Part shown: piece by piece, positions 48,544-61,732 of the stretch
How the letters are laid out: each line of letters opens with the position of its first letter
Numbering within the stretch: position 1 is the first letter of the stretch
Assembly: GCF_964204645.1 (NCBI RefSeq)
Contig: NC_134026.1
Coordinates: 14,790,150 to 14,854,149, forward strand
Length of the DNA: 64,000 nucleotides
Reading direction: 5' to 3'
Origin: Tubulanus polymorphus
Taxonomy: Eukaryota > Animalia > Nemertea
Made by a program: the position numbers and the translations under genes
The notes under the pieces: generated by a model
The model's input: only the letters and a program-made list of their open reading frames with translations
Databases searched by the model: none
Told to the model about the DNA's origin: nothing

Positions 48544-49454
48544 ATCAATATTTGACGTTTGGTATTTACAATATCTCTTTCTTTCATTTCTTTTTTCATG
48601 GATGGGATACTGAGTTCATCTCGTTTTCTATCCCATGTTACACCAAGGACCTTCATAACCACATCATTCTGTTCATGATCCTCCTTGAGTACGTTCTTCA
48701 TAAATTCACTATCATTTGATGCATAACATCTCAGATTCATTCCCATCTGATTACAACTTTTCTTCGATTCTTCAAAGAATGTCTCTTTTCCACTGTCGAT
48801 ACTAACAACCATGTTGTCGACATACATATTTTTTCGCATTTTTTCTGCTACAGCACTATTCTCAGTTCGTAAGTGATGATCAATTACAGCTGATAATAGG
48901 AATGGGCTTGAAATAACACCGAATGGTACTCTACAGAAGCTGTATGTCTGTATGTTTTCTGCTACACATGGTCCATCCACATCTTTCAGCCAAAGGAATC
49001 TTGTCACGTCACGCTGACTTTCATGCAGTGAGATTTGTAGGAAGGCTTTTTCAACATCAGCCACAATTGCCACTTTATGAATCCTAAATCTCATCAGTAG
49101 ACCACATAAGTCAGACAGTAACACAGGACCGCGGTACAGACATTCATTTAAACTCTTGTTCTCTCTTGTCCTCTTACACGACGCATCAAAAACGACTCGC
49201 ACTTTAGTTGTCGTCTTCTGAGGTGTCATCACCGCATGATGTGGGATGTAGTGTATTTGGTTGTCTGTTGGTTTATCTTTAACCTTTTCGATGATATTCT
49301 TTTTTTCCTGATCTTCAAATATGGCTTGATATTGAGTCAGAAAATCTTTTGATGCACTCAGTTTCTTCATCAGTGATTTCAGTCTGTAGAAGGCGATATC
49401 CTTATTCTCTGGTAAATTCAACCATGAGTCTTCGATCCATGGCCACTGAACCAT
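48544..49454 (-). pseudogene. BEL reverse transcriptase
   Basis: YIPHH, KVRVVFDAS, SLNECLYRGP, ADVEKAFLQI, RVPFG..SPF and YVDN motifs. Confidence 0.93.
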
Positions 49455-49467
49455 GTAACGACCATCT

Positions 49468-51612
49468 TCAAAACTTAAAATTGGCTTGAAATTTTTCTAA
49501 CGACTTGTCGTCACTAGATATCTTTATTTCTTCAGTTATACCAATTGCATCCAAGTCCCACAATCTTTCCACATGAGGGTTGGTGGCTGCCAATGCCATA
49601 TCAGCCTTGGTATAAGAATGGAGGTTCGCAACCTCCTCCTCAGCATATGTCAAGATTAGCATACCAGGGTTTTGTTTCACATCTATCGCACTTTCACTTA
49701 CTGATCTTCCTGTCAATAACCACCCCAATTTAGATTCAACCAAGAACAAGTTTTCTTCTACCTGTATCTTCCTCTGTTGTACCAGGTTCAAATAATAATC
49801 GTTACCAACCAACAAATCTACTTCAAATGTTTTTTGAGTCTTTGGTAAAGTATCAGCCAGTGACATCTCTTGGTCTGACAATATGACTTCTATTCTCTCT
49901 ATCGTCTCAGGTCGAACGGGATTTTGATGAAGTTTACCCGTTATCATGGGTATTATGGTAATATGTAACGTCATCAAGCTACCATCATTCAGTCTAATTT
50001 GCAAATATGATAACTTCCCATTGAGATATTTTGGTGTATTCGACCCAAACGTGTTGACAGGAATGTATTCTATTGCATACCAAGACAGCTTCAAACTTTT
50101 TGCTTTCAAGCTAGACATATACGTCCGATAGCTTCCAGTGTCGAATACTAGTCGACCATCAACTTTGTTTTTGGTTACCGGATTCATCATGGATACCGTG
50201 GCTGTCTGCATACATACAAGTGGTCTGCCTACACCTGTAGCTACCATACTGAAATTCATTGTCAACATCCCGGATTCAGCTTCAGCTCCCCGTAGACTTG
50301 AACTCTGAATCGATTCAGCTACGCTACCACTAGCTGACGTAAACAAATTCGGACAAATGCTACGATGATGGTCTTTCCTCACACCACAGTGTGCGCATAA
50401 CCGGTTTACCATAGGCCTACATCTATCTTTTCTGTGACCCTTTTTCAGGCAAATATGGCAAACAGCCTTCAATTTCTTCTTCCGACCTTCAATTGTTGAA
50501 AATTTCGTGCACTCATCCGACCAATGGGAGTCAGTACAATAGAAACAGCGTGGAGAGTAACCACCGATGGCGCCTGTGGCAGCTAACGTAGCCGACGGTG
50601 TATGTTGTCTTTTCTGATAATTGGTGAACTTGAAATTCGATCTCTGGTATTGGTGCTCATTGGGTTTAACCCTGCCAGTTGAACCATCATTCTGGTTCCT
50701 CTCCGCAACTTCTCGTGCCGAGATAAAATTATCGAGTGATTCTCGAAGTGACTTCACCGTCCACTTTTCGTCTTTTTCTTTCTGGATTTCAATTGTTACC
50801 AAACATGCTTTGGGTAATTTGGACATGATAATCGATACGAAGACACTTTGATTAACGTCTTGTTTTAAGACCTCTAATGACCGTAAATGTCTCTCAATAT
50901 TGTCAAGAGGTTGACGTAGTTTTGCCGTTTGATTTGTTGACACTGGTAACTCGATGAGATTTACATAGTGCGCATTTATTAGCACTTGGGTATCCCCAAA
51001 TCTTTCACAAAGCAGTTTAACTGCGACTTCATAATTGGCATTGGAGATCGTCAGACCAGCAATAGCATCTAGGGCTTCTCCAGTCAACAAACTTTTCAAG
51101 TATGTCATCTTCTCCACATCGGATAGGTTTTCATTTTTATGTATCGATGTCTCAAAATGATCCCAAAATTCTTGATACTGCATGATATCGCCCGAAAATT
51201 TAGCAATACTCAATTTGGGCAGACTGACAGATGTACTTTTTTCTTTACTAGTTGACGCCTTCTTCATACCAGTACTGTCTTCCGCTACCGTCAATTGAGC
51301 CATGGCTTCCGTTGCCATAGCAATTATATCAGTGTCTTCCTCGTCGAAAGACGCCATAACTTTTTCTTCCTTCTTTCTTTCAGTATCCTCAACGATTGAA
51401 TCAACAAACTCTGCCAATTCATCCAGGGCTCTTTCAAATTTTGAAAGATAATTTCCTATTAATATTTTGAGTGTGGCAACTTTTTTCCGTAGCTCACTCA
51501 CGTCATCCTTTTTCGCTTCAGCTTCAGCCAACAACGACCTCTTTTTTTCAACCTCTTTTTCTATGAGGTTCATATACCTTGTACGACTACCTTTCTTAGA
51601 AGAGACAGACAT
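49468..51612 (-). CDS. BEL gag-protease (DUF1759, zinc knuckles, aspartic protease); frameshift before RT
   Basis: LPKLSIAKFSGD..FWDHF, triple CCHC, FDTGSYRTY and DLLVGND motifs. Confidence 0.9.
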   Translation of the reverse strand: MSVSSKKGSRTRYMNLIEKEVEKKRSLLAEAEAKKDDVSELRKKVATLKILIGNYLSKFERALDELAEFVDSIVEDTERKKEEKVMASFDEEDTDIIAMATEAMAQLTVAEDSTGMKKASTSKEKSTSVSLPKLSIAKFSGDIMQYQEFWDHFETSIHKNENLSDVEKMTYLKSLLTGEALDAIAGLTISNANYEVAVKLLCERFGDTQVLINAHYVNLIELPVSTNQTAKLRQPLDNIERHLRSLEVLKQDVNQSVFVSIIMSKLPKACLVTIEIQKEKDEKWTVKSLRESLDNFISAREVAERNQNDGSTGRVKPNEHQYQRSNFKFTNYQKRQHTPSATLAATGAIGGYSPRCFYCTDSHWSDECTKFSTIEGRKKKLKAVCHICLKKGHRKDRCRPMVNRLCAHCGVRKDHHRSICPNLFTSASGSVAESIQSSSLRGAEAESGMLTMNFSMVATGVGRPLVCMQTATVSMMNPVTKNKVDGRLVFDTGSYRTYMSSLKAKSLKLSWYAIEYIPVNTFGSNTPKYLNGKLSYLQIRLNDGSLMTLHITIIPMITGKLHQNPVRPETIERIEVILSDQEMSLADTLPKTQKTFEVDLLVGNDYYLNLVQQRKIQVEENLFLVESKLGWLLTGRSVSESAIDVKQNPGMLILTYAEEEVANLHSYTKADMALAATNPHVERLWDLDAIGITEEIKISSDDKSLEKFQANFKF

Positions 51613-51804
51613 CTTTCTTTCTTTTTTCTCTTTTTTTTCTTTATTTTTTTATTTTTTTTTTACCTCTACACTTTCACAGTGGGACGGGAGGATGTTGTAC
51701 AGACCAACTCGAAAAAACTCACCACGTGCACGTGTTCATTTTTCCCTCTCAATTTCTTCGAATTCTGGTGTTCAATTTCTCTAACACCACTATCAATACT
51801 TAGT

Positions 51805-51822
51805 TCCCGGGTTTCGGCACCA
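51805..51822 (-). promoter_or_regulatory. Primer-binding site complementary to tRNA-Phe
   Basis: Minus strand TGGTGCCGAAACCCGGGA just downstream of the LTR. Confidence 0.85.
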
Positions 51823-52129
51823 TAATTATGTCTTGAATTCCATCCTTGTCCCTTCGGTTGAGCCGAGAAGTAACTTTTTAACGACCAGTTTTTCTAGTTT
51901 TCCTGACTTTTTATTTATTCTTTACACTTCCGGTTCTGGCAAGTGAGCATTCACAGATTTTTTCCTATAGATGGCAGCAGTAGCCAAGGTTACAATACAG
52001 AGTGTTTCATAACAAATGTTACACCAAAAATTGAACACAAATAAACAAACATATCGATGCCACTGCAATCAATCAATGACGTCGTTAATAATACTGATCA
52101 ATAATAAAAAATATATTCGCACTTCGCGA

Positions 52130-52939
52130 CAAGGCATGGTAACAATGTTCAAATCCAAGAAATTTCACAAAATGGAGGATTTTCTCTCTCATTCAACTGG
52201 ACTTAAGGAGTCTTTTTGCCAATCCATCTTATTGGTACAGAACTGGAATAATATCGGATATTCAGGTGTTGTCCGCGATTTTTGGCATTCTGTTAAGACA
52301 TAAATGAGGTATGTACCCCAAAAAGTAAGCAAAATATCCCAGAAAAACAGGTCTCATCCATTAGGCCTAATAAATAGACATTAGTAGTAGGCCTAATGTC
52401 TATTTATTAATTGATGAGACCTGTTTTTCTGGGATATTTTGCTTACTTTTTGGGGTACATACCTCATTTATGTCTTAACAGAATGCCAAAAATCGCGGAC
52501 AACAACTGAATATCCGATATATTTCCAGTTCTGTACCAATTAGATGGATTGGCAAAAAGACTCCTTGAGTCCAGTTGAATGAGAGAGAAAATCCTCCATT
52601 TTGTCAAATTTCTTGGATTTGAACATTGTTACCATGCCTACGCCACCCTGATTTAGTTGTTGAGACCCCACAAGAAAAATAACTTCATTTCGTAGGCATG
52701 GTGACAATGTAAAAATTCAAGAAATTTCACAAAATGGAGGATTTTCTCTCTCATTCAACTGGACTTAAGGAGTCTTTTTGCCAATCCATCTAATTGGTAC
52801 AGAACTGGAAATATATCGGATATTCAGTTGTTGTCCGCGACTTTTGGCATTCTGTTAAGACATAAATGAGGTATGTACCCCAAAAAGTAAGCAAAATATC
52901 CAAGAAAAACAGGTCTCATCAATTAATAAATAGACATTA
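52130..52939. mobile_element. Long-TIR MITE (52394-52939) plus an adjacent solo arm
   Basis: About 250-bp inverted arms TAATGTCTATTTATT..; GTAGGCC on both sides; a further fragment at 44375-44459. Confidence 0.8.
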
Positions 52940-53461
52940 GTAGGCCTACGAAGGATTCACTGAACATATAAATTACTTATGGGGGTTCTGGTTAGCACTG
53001 GTAACTGGTCTATACTGGTCAAGCATTGGTCAGTTAAACAATTTTTAGATTAATGCCCACATCATATCTAGTTATTTGACACCATACAACTTAATTGTTT
53101 GCAAACAAATAATTTACTATAAATTTCCCGGAATCGCTGCAGACAGCTCAAGTGTTGATGACGACATCAATATCTCTCGGCGAATCAAACACTGCCACCT
53201 AGAATTCCGGCTAGGCATTATCATTCATTGACTTATGTGATTTAGTATATAGCTCAATTAATTTGACGGCCGAAATTGAAGTAAAGGCCGAAATTAGAGA
53301 GAATTGCCCTATGTGAAATTTACATACAGCGCCACCCGTTGATAGTAAAACTAACCCGAGCAATACGGGTGTTAAATAGATACGCTAGCAAACCGGCATT
53401 CTCATAATGTTCGTAAAAGCGCCTATAATGATTCTTGACGCGGAACCTGAGGAGATGCTAC

Positions 53462-54008
53462 TAATGTCTATTTATTAATGGATGAGACCTGTTTTTCTTG
53501 GATATTTTGCTTACTTTTTGGGGTACATACCTCATTTATGTCTTAACAGAATGCCAAAAATTGCGGACAACAACTGAATATCCGATATATTTCCAGTTCT
53601 GTACCAATTAGATGGATTGGCAAAAAGACTCCTTAAGTCCAGTTGAATGAGAGAGAAAATCCTCCATTTTGTCAAATTTCTTGAATTTTTACATTGTCAC
53701 CATGCCTACGAAATGAAGTTATTTTTCTTGTGGGGTCTCAACAACTAAATCAGGGTGGCGTAGGCATGGTAACAATGTTCAAATCCAAGAAATTTGACAA
53801 AATGGAGGATTTTCTCTCTCATTCAACTGGACTTAAGGAGTCTTTTTGCCAATCCATCTAATTGGTACAGAACTGGAAATATATCGGATATTCAGTTGTT
53901 GTCCGCGATTTTTGGCATTCTGTTAAGACATAAATGAGGTATGTACCCCAAAAAGTGAGCAAAATATCCCAGAAAAACAGGTCTCATCAATTAATAAATA
54001 GACATTAG
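53462..54008. mobile_element. Second copy of the same long-TIR MITE, inverted
   Basis: Near-identical arms and spacer, in opposite orientation. Confidence 0.8.
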
Positions 54009-54562
54009 GCCTACTGTGCCCGGTCGGTTACAGAGGGAAGCATTTAATCGATGGATTGGAATAAGACCTTAGTCATCAAAAGTGGGCCTGGTGAATGATA
54101 TCATAGTGAAACCATGTATGGTGGGTGCCGTCACATTAGATTTTAATCTAATCAATAAATAAATGAACATTGAATTGAAGAAGCCTTTATATTCGCCTAG
54201 GCAGCTGCACATGTCTGCTTGTATAGTTAGTTTTAGAATGTTGGTTTTCGCAAACCCGCCCCACTTGGCGAGCATTTAAGAAAAATGAATTTTACTGCTT
54301 ATGTCCTTCCCGTTATTAATCGACAACTTAAATTAGTATTCTAGGTGCTTAATCACGCCAGTATAATCGATGTATGTTCATTGGGAGGTTTCCATCAAAA
54401 CGTTAGAATAACCGGACTCGAACCTATCTCGCTCATGTACTTGGTTTCAGAGATAAATAGACTTCGTTTACTTTACTGATTCCTTGCATACCGGCATCCC
54501 GCGTTATTGGTGAGAAATACTGAGGTGTACTTGAATCAACCGTCTCTATTTGATATTCAATC

Positions 54563-54699
54563 ATGTCAGCGATTTTGTCCTTGAATCCGAAAGCTGAAGT
54601 TGCCCGAGCTCAGCAGGCTTTAGCTGTTAACACAAGCGCGGCTAAAGGACTACAAGATGTACTGAGATCTAACTTGGGACCTAAAGGAACCATAAAAAT
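54563..54699 (+). CDS. CCT6: T-complex protein 1 subunit zeta, coding exon 1
   Basis: [45 protein letters not shown](M) followed by donor GTGAGT. Confidence 0.95.
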
Positions 54700-54726
54700 G
54701 TGAGTCCCCACTACTAACTATAGTCA

Positions 54727-54872
54727 TAGTTGGTAAAAGTGCAGATCCGCACCTCTCCGCGTAAACGGTTAATTTTAATATATCTTCAGTAGAAAGAGTT
54801 TAGCCTGGATTCTGTCATTCTGCAGATTGTCAATCACGAGAGGTGCGGATCTGCACTTTTTTACCGACATAG
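54727..54872. mobile_element. Small MITE-like inverted repeat
   Basis: GGTAAAAGTGCAGATCCGCACCTCTC / GAGAGGTGCGGATCTGCACTTTTTTACC. Confidence 0.65.
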
Positions 54873-55421
54873 GGTAGGGTCTGAAACACGACCCCGGTCC
54901 CAGCCGCGGCCGCACACGGCCACGCCGCTCTTTTTTTTCCGTTTAAATGGTCAAATGAAAGAAAAAAGAGATTTTCTACTTTCTATCACAAGTCTAGTTA
55001 GTTACCTAATCATTGGTGGTAAGCTTTTTATAATCGGATGGGCACACCTGCCAACCGTTACGTTTTTGCCGTATTCCGTTCCGGTGCTACCCGCGGTAAT
55101 ACAGCGTTACTGGCACAGGCAATGGAATATGCTTTTTTCCGATATCGTTCCGATGTTACGCGAATGAGCAAATAAATACGGCCTCAATAAAAATCTCCTT
55201 ATATTATGTCAATAAAGGTAATTTTGCAGTACATAATCGGTATTTTAATGGTTTATTAACATTTATTACGGGGAAATTCCGTTTTTATTTGAGTAATTGT
55301 CACGAAGTTTCCATACAGCCGGGAACCAGTCTAGCGAATTTTCGGTTACGAGTAATACCGGGAACCAGTCTAGCGAATTTTCGGTTACAATGAGTAATTT
55401 TCATCACTCAAATTGTCATGA

Positions 55422-58082
55422 ATGATGCAAATGGCGGACGAAGTTCACAACGTTTTGTCAAATCTGGAAAATTCGGAGGGTTCTCCGTCTTCTTCGGAGT
55501 CGGAATCTGAAACTGATACTGTGGTAACAGGCAGTAGAAAACGTATGATTAAGAAATATCGGAAACAGAAGTATAAAAGATCGTACAGCGCACAATATCC
55601 ATGTTTCATAGCATCGAAATTAAGTAAATATCATGCAAGATGTATGATATGTCAAATCGATATAGTGATCTCACATAGGGGATTAAATGATATTTTACGT
55701 CATTGTGAAAGAAAAAGACATAAGGATAAAGCGAAACTCTCTGAAATTTCACATTTTTTTAGAACTGATAACACAACATACCCTGGCCTATCTGTTATAA
55801 AATCTGAAGTTCTGTTTGTTCACTTCCTGGTTGAGCATAATCTATCATTCAGCACTGCTGATCATGCTGCTAAACTGTTCAAAAAAATGTTCTCATCAAA
55901 ATCTGTGGTTGATGATTTTAAATGTGGGAGAACAAAGGCAACCGCGATAATGAAAGTTATGGCTAGCGAAGTTAAATCTGACATCGTGAAAAATCTTGAT
56001 GGACCTTTTGTCATTGCTACAGATGGATCGACCCTCAATAATGAGACATTTTATCCCATTGTCGTGCGGTATCTCGACTCTCAGGGAGAAATTCAATCAG
56101 ATCTCTTAGCTAACCCTGTTTTTACATGATTCTCTCATACAGGAGAGAGTATATTTGGAATTCTCCAGCGTGAATTATCAAAACACAATATCGATTGGAA
56201 AAAGTGCACCGCATTAGTCTGTGATAACACTAACACCATGGTCGGAAAGTATAGGGGTGTGATAAAATATGTCAGAGACCAGCATAAAGACGTTTTCCTG
56301 GCAGGTTGTGTCTGCCACCTTCTGTACTTGGCATCCAAGAAAGGAACAAAAGCCTTTCAAGGCGAGTTTAATTTTGACAATGTCCTTAGACAATTAAACT
56401 GGTACATGTCAAAATCTAGTAAACGTGCTGCCAAGTTTAAGTACTGTCAACAGAGGTGCAATTTGGCAGACCATGAGCTTATACGTCACGTTCCAACGAG
56501 ATGGCTGTCATTGCGGCCTGCAATAAATAGACTGCTTGAGCAGTGGGCAGCTGTGAAGTTATTCTTCGTCGAGGAATGTGAAGCAGCAGCTGAAACTGAT
56601 GATAATGATGACATTAATGAAGAGGATGATACAGTGATGAGTAGCGACTCGATTAGATCTAGTGTCAAGAAGTTCATGTTGCGACGTACTTCAAAACTAT
56701 ACTGCAGCTTCCTATCAAAAGCTTTAGAGGTGAGTTGAATCAAAGATAAATCTTTTAAGAATCTAGAAAACTTACTCAAGTAAGACATAATATTGAACTT
56801 TTATATTGTAAGCTTTAGTTTAAATCAACATTGGAGTTAATCAATACACACTGCACCATGTACTATTTGTGTCTGGAATAGTCTCAGGCAATTTTTATTG
56901 AAATATAAATTTTCATTTTAGGATTTTGAGATCACTAATATCAGACTGCAAACTGAGAACGCCACCATACATATTATAAAGAGAACACTGGAGAGACTCT
57001 TCAAGAAACTACTTATTTGCTTTGTCAAGCCTTCTGCTGTCAACCATAGTTTAATCATGTCTGTCGATTTTCATAGCCGTTATAACATTAAGGTGAGTCA
57101 GTGTCATCTACATGACATGATTTTTTTACTGGCCTAGAAGATGGTTTAACTATTTTTTAACTATTTTTTGCATTTCTCTAATTTATGCATTGAACTTTGT
57201 TTTTCCAGGACAAGAAAGACCTAGTAATCGGAGAGAAAGCTCAAGCTTGCATTACTGATGGTATAAGTTCTGATGTGTTAAAGAAGTTTTACCAAGATGT
57301 GGTTGAGTTTTATACGAAGGCCTGTGATTACATCAAAGCAAAAATCAACCCTACAAATGAGCCAATTTGGATGCATGCTGAGGTAGGCCTAATCTTCAAA
57401 TTGTGACAGTTTAGTAACAGATTCTCCTATGAAACATCATAGATTTTTACATGTGCAGACTTGTTGATTTTTCCAGGTTGCTGATGTATCACTTTGAGCT
57501 CGAAAGTCATTTGCCTCCATTCGGTACTTCATCGATAGATTTCCTTGCATTGGACAAGATCTCCAGAGTGATATACTGCAAATGGAGTTTGTAGAGTTTC
57601 AGTCTACAAGTGATTCTGACCTACCCACAGACTTGTACTTTATTAAGAATGCTGATGGAAGTGAAAGATGTCGTCCTATGGAACAGCAGTGGAATATGAT
57701 TGCTAAGGAAATGAAAGATCTTAACCAGAGCTGCAGGTTAGTACAACTTAGATTTCCTAGCAGTGTTATCTTGAAGCACTAATATGGAGTTTCATTATTT
57801 TCTTAAACTGGGTGTTTCATATTTTTCAGGTTCAAACAGCTTCCTGTTGTGATGAAGAGAATACTCTTGATCCCTGTTTCAAATGCGTCATGTGAGCCTG
57901 TCTTCTCAACAGTGAAGAAAAATCGAACCATGTTTCGTGGCTCTATGTTGCCAGCAACTTTGGAGAGTTTAATGATTCTTAAAGCTAGGGGCGGTGAATG
58001 CTACAACTTTGAGCCTTCAAATGACCTCCTCAAAAAGGCCAAATCAGCTGCCTATAAAAGTCTTAACCCAGCAGATGAGTGA
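55422..58082 (+). pseudogene. Intron-containing hAT transposase with premature stops
   Basis: BED-like CMIC..H, IATDGS, DNTNTMVG, GCVCHLL, TRWLS and IPVSNASCE.VFS dimerisation motif; four GT-AG introns. Confidence 0.88.
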
Positions 58083-58255
58083 AATTTCCTCACCAAGTAG
58101 ATATTTTATTCTGAGGTAGTCTCAGTGTAAAACTGTATAAAACTGTATATCTTATTCATAGTTAATATCGTGACTTGACAATCACTTGCTGCAAGTGCAA
58201 ATTCTCTCTCAATATACATATATACAAAAATTCATAAAGACTAGTCTTTAATTTT

Positions 58256-58257
<2 letters not shown>

Positions 58258-58326
<69 letters not shown>
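58258..58326. repeat. (TA)n microsatellite
   Basis: Perfect TA run. Confidence 0.97.
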
Positions 58327-58329
<3 letters not shown>

Positions 58330-59817
58330 CTGGTATATTTTCTTCTTCATGACTGCTGATAGTCTGGTGCAAATCTCTTGTGTGCATTACATTGTCTTGT
58401 ATTACTATCAAACTTGCAATATTAAAATTTGTATGTTAAGTCCTGTGGGTTTTCTGCTGTAAATCTTGATAAAAAATTCTAGTATATCATATATGTTTAT
58501 ATGTTTAAGTTTGTTATTTTGTTTTCTAGTTGAGTTAACTGGTAATTATAATCTTTAATTGATGGTAGATTAAATTTACCTGTGATAGTGCGAGTAGGTG
58601 ATGGGGTGTGTCTGATGTCTCAAAATTGTTTATATTTTATGGAAACTGCAGTTTCAAGTTTAATTTCATAATAAATGCATTTTTTAGAATTAATTTCTTT
58701 AGTAGTTTTAATATTCTATATTCTGATTTTAATCCGAAAATTCGTTACTGGCCATATTGAAAATGTTACTGGCAAAGGTCACATCAAGTCTAGTGGGTCA
58801 CTGGAAAAATCTAAAAAATACTGGCAAATTTGAAAAATGTTACTATCTTGAAAAATTCAATGTTGGCAGGTCTGGATGGGCTTATACCAACGTTAGGGAT
58901 GACAAGGGCCAAAACACGGTTGAAAAAAGTAACACTTCAAAAATATACTTTCTATTCACTTCAGTCCACAATTAATGGCTTAATTCACAAACTAACACAG
59001 GTACCTTTCGAAATAATCCAATTTTATGTATTTTTCGAGTGATTAATCAACATTATTTTGAGAAATTAATTAATTACTCCACAAATTTCGCCATTGGTTG
59101 CATTTCTCTGTATTGCTCATGTGGCATGATAAGACAAGGGGACCTACAAGGATTTATATAAAACTTCCAAGACGAAACGACAATTTTTATTTTTGATGGT
59201 TTTTCAACTTACATTTCAAAACCTTCGTGTTTTCCATAATAAATAATGAAATAATAAATTAAATGGATGAAGAAAAATGTGAATTAGTGTTGATTTCTTA
59301 ATTTTTTCAATTTCGTCGTCTCGCTTCGTTAGTTTGTGCTGTTGTCCTGGCCTCAGTCCACAGGTGCCAGCACCCTCCAGTAATTATCAAAATGGCAGCT
59401 GTTGACTCGACGGAAATTTAATCGTACTTTACGGCCGATTTGAACATTGATTAAGATCGTCAGGTGAGGTGTTATAGGTATCAGATAAACTACGAATCTG
59501 TTGCGCGTCAATTACAACAAAAATTTGACGGATATCTTAAGAGACAATGAAATGCCAGTCAAATTGGCTGACGAAGATTGCATACAAAAATGACCTTCCC
59601 ATTCCTGACTGTGGTTTGTGAAAATATCCGATCGTGAAACTAAACCACAGATAGGTTACTGACTATCACAAGTCCAAATAGAGACTATTTCAACTTTAAA
59701 CGGTTAAGCTTCAATCGACTTTGGCCCAAACCAGATGCCTAGGGCCTATCTATCTACCGTTTTGCTTTGCGAGGAGCTATAATTAAATTAAAAAATAATA
59801 CATTTAGTTAGTATGAG

Positions 59818-61066
59818 TTTTTAGCCCACTTGGGACTTTAGTCCTAGCGGGCTATTGCGTTCACTTTTCGTCCGTCCGTCCATAGACGGAATCCAGTTAT
59901 TTTGGGAAGTTTTGAAGACGCTTCAAGGTAACGTCTTGATATTTGGGTTACACATGTATCTACCCTAGACACATCTTCAGCCCAAAAACTGGCCCTGTCA
60001 GATTCAAGATGGCCGACTAGCAGCCATTGTTCGCCAAAATCAGCACTTTTTACACATTTTTGAACTTTTTAAGGGAAATTTTGAAGACGCTTTGACCAAT
60101 TACCTTGACCTTTTGGATGTATGTGAATCACCCCAGGGCCCATCAGCTTAACAAAAATTGGGTCGATCGTGCTCAAGATGGCCGTCCTATGACCTTTTTA
60201 GTGCCCAAAAATGTTAATTTTGGCCCGAATTCTGAGTCCTGTAGCTTTCTACTGGTTTACCATTTCTCATTGCAATTTGTGATGGGTATTCTTTGGAAAG
60301 GGATGTTTTATACCTGAGACAGGTATTTTTCATCAGCCAATTATGACGCAATTGGCGGCCATCTTGGTGTCAGCAGTACTCATTCGTAAGTGGGAATAAG
60401 TTTTCCACATTATATTGATACCTAAGCGTATTTTGTTACCACAATCATTTAGAAAGTTGTAGCTCATAACGTGTTCTATGATTGTGGTGAGTTTCAAGGT
60501 CATTGGTTTTTGTATATGGCCACCAGGGGGCGTTGAATAATGCAATATCTTAGTATTTCTATATTATATTCGTATCAATGCATATTTTGTAACCACAATC
60601 AATTGCCAAGTTGTAACTCATGACATCTATGATTGTGGCAAGTTTAAAGGCCCTTAGTTATTCTATATGGTCACCAGGGGGCGTTGAATAGTAGAATAAC
60701 TTAGTATTTCCTTATTTTATTGGTACCTAGGCATATTTTGTTACCATGATCAGTTACAAAGTTATAGTTCGTGACATGTTCTATGATTGTGGTGAGTTTC
60801 AAGGTCATTGGGTTTTGAATATGGTCACCAGGGGGCGTTGAATGGTAGAATAACTTAGTATTTTCATGTTAAATTGGTAAGGAGGCATATTTTGTTATCA
60901 CAGTCAATTACAAAATCGTAACTGCTGACATGTTCTATGATTGTGGTGAGTTTCAAGGTCATTGGATTCTGTATATGGTCCCCAGGGGGCGTTGAATATT
61001 GAAATTGTTAGATTGTTGAGCATTTGGAACCACTTCCCAAGTGGGCATGGTGTCCCTGGACAATGC
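59818..61066 (+). mobile_element. Helentron-associated (HINE/DINE-like) element with internal ~150-bp tandem repeats
   Basis: TTTTTAGCCCACTTGGG start, GTCC microsatellite, inverted subTIR CCCAAGTGGGC near 61037; a second copy starts at 63768. Confidence 0.7.
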
Positions 61067-61668
61067 AGGACCTCTATAGCCTATCAGGTGGTCATGGTAA
61101 AGGGATACTTAATGGAAATGTTTCATTTTGAAGTCCATATTAAGAATTTTTTTTGTTTTGATGTGACCCCATAAGAAAGCGATTTCCTTCTTATTCAATT
61201 TGACTAAAAGAGACTCTTTAGCAATCAATCCTTATTAGGACAGAATCGTTATCAAAATCATGCTGGGTTACCATTCATAGCAGTTCTGTGAGCCAATGAT
61301 AGATGGGCAATACATTAGCCTAGAATCCATTGGCTCAGTGCGACCGTCATTTTTGTTTCATAATTTCTTTTAACCATTCATGTTATTCAGAAAACAAAAG
61401 CCTATACAGATGTAAAATTTACGTATAGCAAAGCATTCATAATTGAACATAACATTTACAAGTTGTTGTGGTGGAATCTGATGGATGATAGATTTTGTAA
61501 AATTTATTCTCACTTTCTAACTGGAAGGGAAAAGTATGATAAGAATCATGTGAGGTTTGTGAGGAATACATTTAGGTTTTCTGAAAAAGGCTCAAAAAGT
61601 TTTACCTTGTACACACTTGTTTTACGTCATGAACTGCATGTAAAGACATTTCCTTCTTTTTATTTCAG

Positions 61669-61732
61669 GCTTGTTTCTGGTTCAGGAGACATAAAACTGA
61701 CTAAAGATGGGAATGTATTGTTACATGAAATG
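61669..61732 (+). CDS. CCT6: CCT6 coding exon 2
   Basis: TTTCAG acceptor; LVSGSGDIKLTKDGNVLLHEM; GTAATG donor; phase matches exon 1. Confidence 0.95.

Larger units (their letters stand above)
44460..51994 (-). mobile_element. BEL/Pao LTR retrotransposon, 3'-truncated
   Basis: 5' LTR about 51829-51994 (TG..CA; outer end uncertain), PBS, and gag-PR-RT-RH-IN order. Confidence 0.92.
55043..58874 (+). mobile_element. hAT-superfamily transposon in CCT6 intron 1
   Basis: TIR CACACCTGCCAAC / GTTGGCAGGTCTG; 6-bp TSD GATGGG. Confidence 0.85.

Noticed and set aside
54069-54275. Divergent gene head-to-head with CCT6
   Set aside because: Short ORF with no recognisable homology or convincing downstream exons
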